From assembly GCA_048938025.1 (NCBI GenBank), contig JBHLMP010000006.1, positions 31,495 through 95,494 on the forward strand: a DNA stretch of 64,000 nucleotides, read 5' to 3'. The translations under genes and the position numbers were made by a program. The notes under the pieces were generated by a model that was given only the letters and a program-made list of their open reading frames with translations, ran no database searches and was not told where the DNA came from. Shown piece after piece: positions 29,731 through 38,741 of the stretch. Each line of letters starts with the position of its first letter. The first letter of the stretch is position 1. Source of the DNA: Promethearchaeota archaeon. Its GTDB lineage: Archaea; Asgardarchaeota; Lokiarchaeia; Sigyniarchaeales; SOKP01.

Positions 29731-30879
29731 TTAAAACTCTTTATAATAAGAGATTAATGTATTTTTTATTTTTTCAAAATGTCCTAAATGCACCTTTAAG
29801 AGATCATCTAATGTTTCTCGGAGTCCTGCCTCTTGTACTTTCTTTAAGATTTTAAAATATGGTGATTCTTTGAGATTTTTTTCTAAAGGTTGATTTATTT
29901 CTGTACCTTTTAAGAGAAATTCGAGAGAGTCAACTTCTTTTACATTTATATTTTTTTGAATAATTTCTAACAACATTGTGTCAAAAGTAATCCTTAAAAT
30001 AACTTCGTGATCAAAATCACCTGTTTTAGGCAATAGAACCTCCTTAAGAAGTGATATTGACTTTTGAAAGAGAGTAATTGAATCTTGTCCTAATTCTTTT
30101 ATCTTTTGTCCAAAAGACCGATTCTTAGTAAGAGTGAGACATAAAGTAGCTAGTGTTTGATATTCGGCTACAAAATGAATAAAGCGTGCTTTTGTGTTGA
30201 GAATTGTGTCTTTTGATTCTTCTTCACCTAAAAGTTCACCTAAATTATCAATAGATTTTCTGAAATATGTTGCTATTTCTAAGAATTTATTTGCTGAAGC
30301 TTCATAATCTTTGGCAGATAATAGAAGAAGTGCATTTTTTTCTTCTTGTTCATATAATTCATCAAATTTGTTAATTCTCATAACAGCTTTTAAAATCAAT
30401 CGTTTTCCTAAATCTTTTTTAATACGAGAACGCTCATAAGCTTGTCCTGCTTTCAGAAGAAGAAGAGAAGAAGGGCTATGAAAGTCTTCTGGATCAGCTT
30501 TGATCAAATACTCAGAAGCTTTTTCCCAGCTTTCTCCAGCGGATTCCCAATCATTCATTTTATAAGAGAGATTTGCTAATCGCATGAGTAATTTAGCTGA
30601 GATTTCATATAGCTTTAATTCTTCAGTCTTTCTAATTATTGATTTTAATCGATAAAGTGCTTGAATATTATTCTTAAATTGAGATATAATCTGAACAATT
30701 CTAATAAATAATTCATCTAATTTGATATAACTCCCTAAATCAATATAAATTTCAGCAGCTTTCTCATAAAGATCGATAGCTTCATCTCCTTTACCTTTAT
30801 CAGCAAGATTCTCCGCTCTATCAATTAATTGAATTGCTTCTAATTCTCTATCATCGTTATATGTATTACTAAACACCAT
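29731..30879 (-). CDS. Alpha-helical repeat protein, TPR/alpha-SNAP-like
   Basis: Repeated A-x3-(Y/W/F)-x-(K/E)-A helices: AIDLYEKAAEIY, AGESWEKASEYL, AGQAYE, SANKFLEIATYF. Confidence 0.65.
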   Translation of the reverse strand: MVFSNTYNDDRELEAIQLIDRAENLADKGKGDEAIDLYEKAAEIYIDLGSYIKLDELFIRIVQIISQFKNNIQALYRLKSIIRKTEELKLYEISAKLLMRLANLSYKMNDWESAGESWEKASEYLIKADPEDFHSPSSLLLLKAGQAYERSRIKKDLGKRLILKAVMRINKFDELYEQEEKNALLLLSAKDYEASANKFLEIATYFRKSIDNLGELLGEEESKDTILNTKARFIHFVAEYQTLATLCLTLTKNRSFGQKIKELGQDSITLFQKSISLLKEVLLPKTGDFDHEVILRITFDTMLLEIIQKNINVKEVDSLEFLLKGTEINQPLEKNLKESPYFKILKKVQEAGLRETLDDLLKVHLGHFEKIKNTLISYYKEF

Positions 30880-31048
30880 ACTTTTTCAGCTTAAAAAGAT
30901 AAAATGATATTTTGATATATTTAAACCAGAAATTTTCTTTATTATATTTATATCAAGTAATTATCTAGTATTTTAATTTATAGAATTTAAATAAATAAAC
31001 TCTTATTTATACTTATTTATACAAATAATTAGATGAAGGTTAGACTTT

Positions 31049-31936
31049 TTATTGATGATAAAAGAGCTTAATATTTCGATTTTTAACTATTTTTTTAAAT
31101 TCGAAGCTTTGGTAAGCAGATGAGAATGATTCTTTAGCATCTTCTATAGCTCCATAAAAAATGAAATTAGAAAACCATGTTGCAATAGACATTATACTAG
31201 CTCTTCTATAACGTGTATGGAATTTAATATTTAGACGCGGTGATGAATATTGAAATAAGAATAGATTAGGTGCTGTGCCAACTGGAAGTTCTAGTGATGA
31301 ACTAATTAAGCGTTGAGTTTCTAATATATGGGCTAAACTCTCCAAATTAATAACACCTCCATCAATCCAAATCTTTTTAACTCCTAAGTCTTTTAAACCT
31401 TCCAAGAGATTTACATTATTAGGTTGGTTTTTTTCCGTAATGTAAGCATATCTTTGAGTAGACGTCATATTTTCAGAGCTTATTATTAAAACCACTACTG
31501 AAAGTATTTTATATTTCTGAATTATTTTTAATTCTTTATCGTTCTTTAAATTCGAAATGGTATTATAAATATATTGGTCGGGTTTAATACCTCTTTCATT
31601 AAGATATTCGACTCCACAAATTCTAGACTCAAAATTTCCACCTAATACAAAAGGAGGATTAAAATGTTTCAAATAAAAAGCTAGATAACTAATCATAGCC
31701 TTGGGTGTAGATGCGGATATTTCAACTAAATTAGGTATTTTGTATTGATTTGATAATGAAATTTGTGTATTTATTGACTTTAAAGCTTTTCTCTCATCGA
31801 AAATTTCACTATTCTTACGATTAACAAACGATTGACCTTGATAAAAAAGTGTCCCTATTAATACAGGGGGTAAATCAAAACTCCCTCGACCTACTTTTAT
31901 GTGTCCGTAGGAATAAAATTTTGATTCTTTCATCAT
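31049..31936 (-). CDS. mtrH: MtrH-family (methyl-pterin:corrinoid methyltransferase) protein, divergent
   Basis: PPVLIGTLFYQGQ...FDERKA, IYNTIS, IWIDGG, FIFYGAIEDA match the MtrH/MtgA barrel pattern. Confidence 0.75.
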   Translation of the reverse strand: MMKESKFYSYGHIKVGRGSFDLPPVLIGTLFYQGQSFVNRKNSEIFDERKALKSINTQISLSNQYKIPNLVEISASTPKAMISYLAFYLKHFNPPFVLGGNFESRICGVEYLNERGIKPDQYIYNTISNLKNDKELKIIQKYKILSVVVLIISSENMTSTQRYAYITEKNQPNNVNLLEGLKDLGVKKIWIDGGVINLESLAHILETQRLISSSLELPVGTAPNLFLFQYSSPRLNIKFHTRYRRASIMSIATWFSNFIFYGAIEDAKESFSSAYQSFEFKKIVKNRNIKLFYHQ

Positions 31937-32073
31937 AAAACATCATTTTGGGTCTTGCCATTTTTCGGAGGATATAATTAGATATACTTCAATTAATTCA
32001 AATATTGCTTGAACATCTTTAAAACAAGATATAGCGGCTATTATCTTTAAAATTATAAAATTTATCTAAGCTA

Positions 32074-32361
32074 TTAAACAATTCTGTCTTTAGGTTTTCT
32101 TGTTTTTTTAATCTTTAACTTAATATCATGTTCTGAGATAAGCCAGACTAATACATCATAAGGTATCTTACGAAAATAGATTTCTGCCGCTTTTTCTCTG
32201 ACTCGCTCTTTGTTCGTTAACCTTGGATCTCGTTGAACAAGTAATTCTCGTTCGGCGAGCATCCAACATAAATTGTCATATGTGTAGTTCCTTTGTGAAA
32301 GATAATATGCAGCAACATTAATTTGATCTTCTAAATCTATTTCTTTTCCACTCATTTTCAC
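32074..32361 (-). CDS. Small protein with two DUF2934-like helical hairpins
   Basis: QINVAAYYLSQ...LCWMLAERE and RVREKAAEIYF...LVWLISEHD. Confidence 0.65.
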   Translation of the reverse strand: MKMSGKEIDLEDQINVAAYYLSQRNYTYDNLCWMLAERELLVQRDPRLTNKERVREKAAEIYFRKIPYDVLVWLISEHDIKLKIKKTRKPKDRIV

Positions 32362-32403
32362 TCATTTTTATAAAATTTAATTTTTACTATGATTGCATTT
32401 TTT

Positions 32404-33606
32404 TTATTGAAGGTCAAGTTTGACACCACATTTTTTACACTGAGAATCTAATAATTTAACAAAGCAATCTTCATGGTATAGTTGACCACATTCTGGGTTA
32501 CCACATTTAACTACTTTTTGACCTTTCTCAAAAATAAATTGGCATATAGGACAACTTAAATAGAGATCATCCTCTCTAAGCGCATCAATATTCATTAATT
32601 TTGCCGAAAATGTCTGTGGTTTCTGAAAACTAGTTTCTTTTTTACCTTTTGAAAGAACCCTTAATTTCTGTATTTGGGAAACTTCAGTTGGGATTTTTAA
32701 TAGATAAAAGCAGTGGGGACACCTTGCAGTTCCAGATTTTTTTAATATACTGCTTTGTTGAGAATCTGCCCATGCTGCTAAACAATGAATATGAAATGGA
32801 GTTTGACAATTAGGACAATATCTACCAGTAATATAAAATGATCCTTTAGTATATGGATTTTTATCAGAAAAGCAGATTGAGCATTTTTTAAAATCAGCTT
32901 CTCCTCTCAACTGTTTTATACGCTGTTCTTGATCTTTTGTTAAATCTTGAACTCTTAATAAATTTGCAGCTATTTTCCTAAGGAAAGCTGGATTTTCAAT
33001 ATCGATTTTCTTTACTCCATAATTTTTTACGTTAGCTTCAGCAAATTCATGAGCAGATTGTAATAAAGTTCCTCCATCATTATTAAAATAATATCTACCT
33101 CCTGTGAGATCACTTATTTTTTTTAAGATATTGACTTGGCTCGCGTCTCCAATTCTAAAAGTATCAATTTTTATATTTAATCCTTCTGCAAGACGAGCCA
33201 TTCTTAAAGGATCGATAGCTGTATTTTTTGAATAGTTTCCATCAGAAATAAGAAGTATTTTAGGATTTTTAGCAGCAATTTTTCTTAATTCAGCAATAAC
33301 AGTTTTAATTGATAAAGCTAGCCCTTCTCCCATATCAGAATTCCCTCCTAGTTTTATAGAATCCAATGCTGAAAAAAGGCTATTTATAAAAGTTGAAGTT
33401 GTAAAGTCTATAACCTTTTCTGCTATATCAGAAAATTTAATAATTGCAAACGCACTTGAAGTATCTAATTTAAATCTATCAGTTATTAATTTTTTAACAG
33501 CTTTAATACAACAAATTAATCGATTAGGAGTATAATCTGTTCTAAACATTGATCTTGATGTATCGATGCAAATAACGATATTTTCAGGGACTCTTTGCTC
33601 AGACAT
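32404..33606 (-). CDS. vWA domain (Rpn10/Ssl1-p44-like) plus two C4HC3 RING-type zinc fingers
   Basis: VICIDTSRSMFRTDYTPNRL (DxSxS), LLISDG, TGGRYY; CSIC..CPNC-x4-H-x2-C..W..CPHC and CPIC..CGNPEC-x4-H-x2-C..CKKC. Confidence 0.82.
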   Translation of the reverse strand: MSEQRVPENIVICIDTSRSMFRTDYTPNRLICCIKAVKKLITDRFKLDTSSAFAIIKFSDIAEKVIDFTTSTFINSLFSALDSIKLGGNSDMGEGLALSIKTVIAELRKIAAKNPKILLISDGNYSKNTAIDPLRMARLAEGLNIKIDTFRIGDASQVNILKKISDLTGGRYYFNNDGGTLLQSAHEFAEANVKNYGVKKIDIENPAFLRKIAANLLRVQDLTKDQEQRIKQLRGEADFKKCSICFSDKNPYTKGSFYITGRYCPNCQTPFHIHCLAAWADSQQSSILKKSGTARCPHCFYLLKIPTEVSQIQKLRVLSKGKKETSFQKPQTFSAKLMNIDALREDDLYLSCPICQFIFEKGQKVVKCGNPECGQLYHEDCFVKLLDSQCKKCGVKLDLQ

Positions 33607-33817
33607 CTTATTTTGAAAATCTTATTGAGAATTTTGTTAGACAAAATCTAATAAATCTATTTTATATATGTATATTAATTTATAAATAAATAACAGTCTT
33701 CAGAAAAATAAAGTTTTATTTTCAATTATACTAATATTTAATAAAACGTTTTACAACTATTAAAATAAAGAATATATTATAAAATTAAAAAGTAAATGTA
33801 ATTTAATCTGATGCATA

Positions 33818-35026
33818 ATGTCAGAGAATAGTGAAAAAGAGATTATTATTAAAGATTTTTTTAAAAGTAATGTAATTTTCTCAGAATTAGATGAAGTTTT
33901 AAGATTAAAGCCAGAAACTATGATTGGTATAGATAAAGTAAGTTCTGATAAATTAGTTGAACATAATATCAAAACTGTTGAAGATCTAGCCAATCTATCA
34001 GTTGATAATCTCCCTGAGATTGAAGATTTATTACCTAATATATTTAGTAAGTGGGTCAAAATAGCTCAAGTCATACAAAAAGCTGTAAAAGAACAGTTAA
34101 GACGTCATAAGAAGCTTTTAATGATCGGCTTAGATGCAGCGGGTAAAACATCAATCCTAGCAATAGTTCAAGATAAATTCTCGATTATAAAATCCTTGTT
34201 ACCAACTAGAGGTGTAAAAAGAGAGAAACTAGACTTTTTCGGTTACCCGATTATAAGCTGGGACCTCGGAGGCCAAATTCAATATCGTGAGAAGCTATAC
34301 TTCAATAGACCAGAATTATTTTTCACCGAGGCTGACCTTCTTTTATATGTTATTGACAGTCAAGATTTAGAAAGATTAACAGAATCAGCTAATTATTTTC
34401 GGGAAGTTCTAAATTCCTTAATAGATTTACATGAGCAACCAAAGATTTTAATAGTTCTTAGTAAAAGTGATCCAGACTTTCGTAAATCATTCCAATGGCA
34501 AAAAAATGTTGAAAGTATCAGAAATAAATTTGACAAAGTTGCCGATGAATATGAGCAATTCACTGTAGATTATTGTGATACATCAATATTTCAACCCACG
34601 ACCATCTGGCAAATGTTTAGTATTGCCTTGAAGAAAGTTTCTGAAACTTCTGAAATTATCGAAAATATTCTTGAAGATTTTACTAGTCAGGTTGAGGGGA
34701 AAGCATCAAGTTTAGTTTCGATGGACGGATTAATTTTTGGCAGTTATACCAAAACTAGTACTGATGAGATGTTAGTAAATAATACAGCACTTCTATTGCA
34801 AACACTTTCGAATTTTTATAATTCAATTGGTCTTATTAGAGAAAAAACAATAAGTCTTGATTTACCACTTAATGGGTTTACTATTCGGGGTGAAAAATTG
34901 TTTGAGTATTCAGAGCTTCAAATACCTGTATATTTATGGCTGCTTTCGGAAAACCCAGAATTATTACGAGGTAAAATTGATTATTTTAGAACACAATTAT
35001 TGCCTTTGATTAACTTGTTCATCTGA
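33818..35026 (+). CDS. Small GTPase (Arf/Rag-like) fused to an N-terminal helix-hairpin-helix and a C-terminal roadblock domain
   Basis: GIDKVSSDKLVEHNIKTVEDLA (HhH); GLDAAGKTS, PTRG, WDLGGQ, SKSD; ASSLVSMDGLIFGS roadblock-type hairpin. Confidence 0.85.
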   Translation: MSENSEKEIIIKDFFKSNVIFSELDEVLRLKPETMIGIDKVSSDKLVEHNIKTVEDLANLSVDNLPEIEDLLPNIFSKWVKIAQVIQKAVKEQLRRHKKLLMIGLDAAGKTSILAIVQDKFSIIKSLLPTRGVKREKLDFFGYPIISWDLGGQIQYREKLYFNRPELFFTEADLLLYVIDSQDLERLTESANYFREVLNSLIDLHEQPKILIVLSKSDPDFRKSFQWQKNVESIRNKFDKVADEYEQFTVDYCDTSIFQPTTIWQMFSIALKKVSETSEIIENILEDFTSQVEGKASSLVSMDGLIFGSYTKTSTDEMLVNNTALLLQTLSNFYNSIGLIREKTISLDLPLNGFTIRGEKLFEYSELQIPVYLWLLSENPELLRGKIDYFRTQLLPLINLFI

Positions 35027-35063
35027 TTTCAACTTTTTTTTAAAATTATCTTACCATTTTAAT

Positions 35064-35276
35064 TTATTCTAATTTCTTATTAGCTGTAAGTAAATATTCA
35101 TTGCACTTTTCCATCATCTCAATTGCTTTATTCAAATCATCAACAATTGAATCTAAACCTTTACTTTTTGCAATATCGCGCCATTTCAAAAATGATTCTT
35201 TGTGAGAATCATTGTGATCTGCCCAATGTTTCAATAATTTAGATAATTTTAAAATATCCTTATCTTGTTTATCCAA
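35064..35276 (-). CDS. CooJ-like helical nickel-binding protein
   Basis: HWADHNDSH matches H(W/F)x2Hx3H in a helical hairpin; directly downstream of cdhA on the same strand. Confidence 0.7.
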   Translation of the reverse strand: MDKQDKDILKLSKLLKHWADHNDSHKESFLKWRDIAKSKGLDSIVDDLNKAIEMMEKCNEYLLTANKKLE

Positions 35277-35424
35277 ACAATCTCACAATTTGAAAACTAA
35301 AAATAATATTATAAAAATATTATGTATTATACATTAAATTTTTGACTTAAACTTCCAAACTTAGATTAAACTCAATAAATAATGCAATTTTAAAAAAAAA
35401 AGAAATATAAAAATTAAAAATAAA

Positions 35425-37773
35425 TTATGTATGGCATAATCTCTGAAGGAGAGTTGGATCTATAATCTCTTTTGGTTTCCAGCCCCTTTCTTTTAGATAT
35501 TCTACGATATCATCTTTCATGCTAATAGGAATATCTGCCTCTACCCTAATGAATTTTTCTAAATCATTTGGGAATTTAACGCCCTTATATTTGCGTTCTA
35601 AGTCAATCCAATGAGAAAGCTTTATCATTCTTCCTTTCGAATTATCTGCTGGTCTTAAACACATTTTAGCAGTTAAACAAATAGCTTGTTCAATGGTTTC
35701 AGCTGTAGTTAATAAGTGTTCTGGACCAGGTCCAACTAAATGATCAGGAGTTCCATCTCTTGCATTCCATACCCTCCAGCTATCCTCATCGTCAGATCTA
35801 CCAATATACATTCTTCTATATTCTGCTGAATGTGGTCCAACAATTGCTGGTATACCCATACCATTTGCACTACTAGCAATACTAGCTGCTTTTTGGCTCA
35901 TTGCACCCCACGCAACCCCCACAGCTCCAACTCTGTTTAAAATATAATCAGAAATCTCTTCATAATTACCCCGGAGTGGTCTTCGGGCGAAAATGTTAGC
36001 TATTTTGATTGCAGCTCCATTAATGTGAGGATTTGAAACACATGAACCTACATTGACTAAGCCTCCTCTATCAAAATCACCAGGATATCGGTCATATAAT
36101 GTTTTACCTTCCTCATCTTTAACAAGCCCTATATCCATTGCTCCACAGCCTGATACAACTACAATATAATTACGTTTACAAAATTCTTCTGCCATTAATG
36201 CCAATTCCTGAATTTCTTTACCATAATTAGCACAGCCAATGATGGCAACAACTCCCGGAATTTCTCCTAAGACTACAGGAGCTCCAACATTCCTGATTTC
36301 AACATCTTGAATTGGTCCTCTCCCAACTCTTATATTAAACGTCTCATTTCTGATCTTTTCTCGTCCAGCATACATGAGCAGTGTGAGTGGGGATACGTTC
36401 TTCATACAATCGGCTTCACACCTACCACAATCTAAGCAATGATCAAAAGCATCAGCAAGAACAGAAAAATCTCCTTCCTTAACTAATCTAATTCCTTCAA
36501 CAAGAGGTAAATCATTTGGACAATTTCTCTGGCAATTTCCACATCCATTACAATGATAAGCCATTTCAATACAACCCTGCTCTTCTGGAACAGCGCTTTT
36601 TCCAGCTCTAATTGGTTTTACTTTAATAGCAGTTTCAACAGCAACTTGACCTGCTTTTATAGGATCAAGAATTAGTACTCCCTCTGCTTTTCCACTAACT
36701 AAATCATCTATAATCTCTTCTACTGGATCATCTGTTCTATCAGGCAAACCATTCATATTTTTTTCATTTGTCGCTATAAAAGGAGCATTAACCAGTTTTG
36801 CTTGCTCATAACTTCTTAGATTTACACATTGTTCATCAACCATAACAACATCTGCTAAACCTGAACGGATATAGTGCATTTGTCGAGAAAGTGAACCAAC
36901 AACTTTAGCTCCATCGTAATAACGAGTTAAATCTAGAGCTGTGCAGCAAATCGCACCAACATCTACTTTATCTGATAGATTTTTTTCTCTCATATAATCG
37001 ACGAGTTCTATTCCAGGTGCTACATTATGACCTATCATTAGGATTGTTGATTTGTTTTCAGTATCCATTGTCCCCATACCTAACTCTACAAGTGGGACAT
37101 CTGCTTCTCCCATTGGAAAACCATATGCTGCAATTTGTACAGCATCTGCAATTTCCATACCGACAGCATCAGCTAAACCTGCTAAAAACGATTTTGCCTC
37201 GTAATCCAAATAACTTGCTTCTTGACCGGTATGTCCTGCAGCTAATAAGTGTGTAATAGTATAATGTACCCATTCCATTGCGGTCTCTAAATCCTCTAAC
37301 GTTTCAGGTTTCATACCAACAATTAAACGTGTACATGGCATTTCAACTTCAATGTTAGTTCCATAATTAATAGGTACATTGCCATATTTTTCTTTTAACC
37401 AATGTAATAAGTGATCTCCATGAGCGCTATGACATGATGCTCCAATACAACAAGCAATTTCTACAATTCTCGATTGTTGAGTCTCCATATTGATTCCACA
37501 GGCTCCTGTTCTGCCTTTTGATAAGTTACATTTACCAAAAGTACAAAGACAACACATGTCACAAATGGGCATATAAAATGGCTTATACCTCTCCATTAAT
37601 TTGAAAAACCAACTACGCAGTGTAGGAATATGTGGTTCAGGAGTAGGGCCCATAGGTTCCCATTCTGTTTCGTCTCCGTATGAAACCTTTCCAGTAGTCA
37701 ACTCGAAACCTTTTATTGTACCCAAGGGTCCTTTATAAGAGTCTATTTTGAGTTTTGCGCCTTTTTTACTCAT
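35425..37773 (-). CDS. cdhA: Acetyl-CoA decarbonylase/synthase complex alpha subunit (Ni-CO dehydrogenase)
   Basis: CDMCCLCTFGKC-x8-C, GHN, ICCTA, DEQC, two CxxCxxCxxxC ferredoxin motifs, GCAN, GSCVSN, WGAMSQKA. Confidence 0.96.
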   Translation of the reverse strand: MSKKGAKLKIDSYKGPLGTIKGFELTTGKVSYGDETEWEPMGPTPEPHIPTLRSWFFKLMERYKPFYMPICDMCCLCTFGKCNLSKGRTGACGINMETQQSRIVEIACCIGASCHSAHGDHLLHWLKEKYGNVPINYGTNIEVEMPCTRLIVGMKPETLEDLETAMEWVHYTITHLLAAGHTGQEASYLDYEAKSFLAGLADAVGMEIADAVQIAAYGFPMGEADVPLVELGMGTMDTENKSTILMIGHNVAPGIELVDYMREKNLSDKVDVGAICCTALDLTRYYDGAKVVGSLSRQMHYIRSGLADVVMVDEQCVNLRSYEQAKLVNAPFIATNEKNMNGLPDRTDDPVEEIIDDLVSGKAEGVLILDPIKAGQVAVETAIKVKPIRAGKSAVPEEQGCIEMAYHCNGCGNCQRNCPNDLPLVEGIRLVKEGDFSVLADAFDHCLDCGRCEADCMKNVSPLTLLMYAGREKIRNETFNIRVGRGPIQDVEIRNVGAPVVLGEIPGVVAIIGCANYGKEIQELALMAEEFCKRNYIVVVSGCGAMDIGLVKDEEGKTLYDRYPGDFDRGGLVNVGSCVSNPHINGAAIKIANIFARRPLRGNYEEISDYILNRVGAVGVAWGAMSQKAASIASSANGMGIPAIVGPHSAEYRRMYIGRSDDEDSWRVWNARDGTPDHLVGPGPEHLLTTAETIEQAICLTAKMCLRPADNSKGRMIKLSHWIDLERKYKGVKFPNDLEKFIRVEADIPISMKDDIVEYLKERGWKPKEIIDPTLLQRLCHT

Positions 37774-37942
37774 ATTTTATCATTTTTATTTATATAATTT
37801 TTTTATTATTACATATTAAATCTAATAATTATTCAAATTATTGATTTTATTAAAGGTATTCTATGAAGAGAATAAAATTGTGAATTTAAAACCTATTTAT
37901 TATAATTTAAAGCAAAAGAGTGTAAACTTTGTATAATTTATG

Positions 37943-37960
37943 AGTGTGAAATTTCACACT
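37943..37960. promoter_or_regulatory. Perfect 18-bp palindrome AGTGTGAAATTTCACACT, putative operator
   Basis: Perfect inverted repeat in the divergent cdhA / Rab-like intergenic region. Confidence 0.6.
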
Positions 37961-38139
37961 ACGCCTACTTATATTAAAATTTCTTACATCTACGATATGT
38001 TTAAATTCAAAAATAATAATTATTAGAATTTAAAATGCAAATATATTAAAAGGAATTATTTTATTAATAGAGTTGAGGAATTCTAGAAAAATGAACCTAC
38101 CATTCTTAATTCCAAACATGAGTCAATATAATAGTAAAA

Positions 38140-38679
38140 ATGAGCAGAGCCAAAAGTCCTTTTTATAAAATATGTATAGTAGGAGACACTGGAGTTGGAA
38201 AAACTACATTAATGCATCAATATTTAGATTATAGATTTTTAGCAAATATCAGATCCACTATTGGTTCAGATTTTTTTATAAAACATCTTCAATTACCCGA
38301 AGATCATCAATCATTTACACTTCAAATTTGGGACTTAGCTGGGCAACAACATTATAAATGGGTAAGAAATGCTTTTTATAAAGGAGCGAAAGGAATTGTT
38401 TATGTATTTGATCTAACTCGAAGAGACACATTTGAAAATATTCCAAATTGGAAAAGTGAGGTTGAAGATGTTATTGGAGTTGTACCAAATATGTTTGTAG
38501 GTAATAAATTGGACCTTATTGAATCTATAGGGAGATTAGTAACAGATGAAGAAACACAGAAAATAAAAGGTGAATTAAATTCTATTAGATACGTAGAAAC
38601 AAGTGCAAAAAAGGGTTTTGGGGTAAAAGATATTTTTCTTAATTTAACAAGAGAAATTTACAGTTCATGTCGAAAATAG
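38140..38679 (+). CDS. Rab-like small GTPase
   Basis: GDTGVGKT, STIGSDF, LQIWDLAGQ, FYKGA, VFDLT, GNKLD, ETSAK; no long hypervariable tail. Confidence 0.92.
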   Translation: MSRAKSPFYKICIVGDTGVGKTTLMHQYLDYRFLANIRSTIGSDFFIKHLQLPEDHQSFTLQIWDLAGQQHYKWVRNAFYKGAKGIVYVFDLTRRDTFENIPNWKSEVEDVIGVVPNMFVGNKLDLIESIGRLVTDEETQKIKGELNSIRYVETSAKKGFGVKDIFLNLTREIYSSCRK

Positions 38680-38741
38680 AGTGTAAAAATTCTCAACAAT
38701 TGTCTAAACCATTCAATAGGTTTAAATTTATGAACATGACT

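Noticed and set aside
31945-32065. Short open frame KIIAAISCFKDVQAIFELIEVYLIISSEKWQDPK* upstream of the mtrH-like gene
   Set aside because: No credible start and no recognisable family
38660-38679. Cys near the C-terminus of the Rab-like GTPase (SSCRK), with an ICMT-like gene in the same window, suggesting prenylation
   Set aside because: Not a CaaX, CC or CxC motif, no hypervariable linker, and ICMT-family genes are common in prokaryotes
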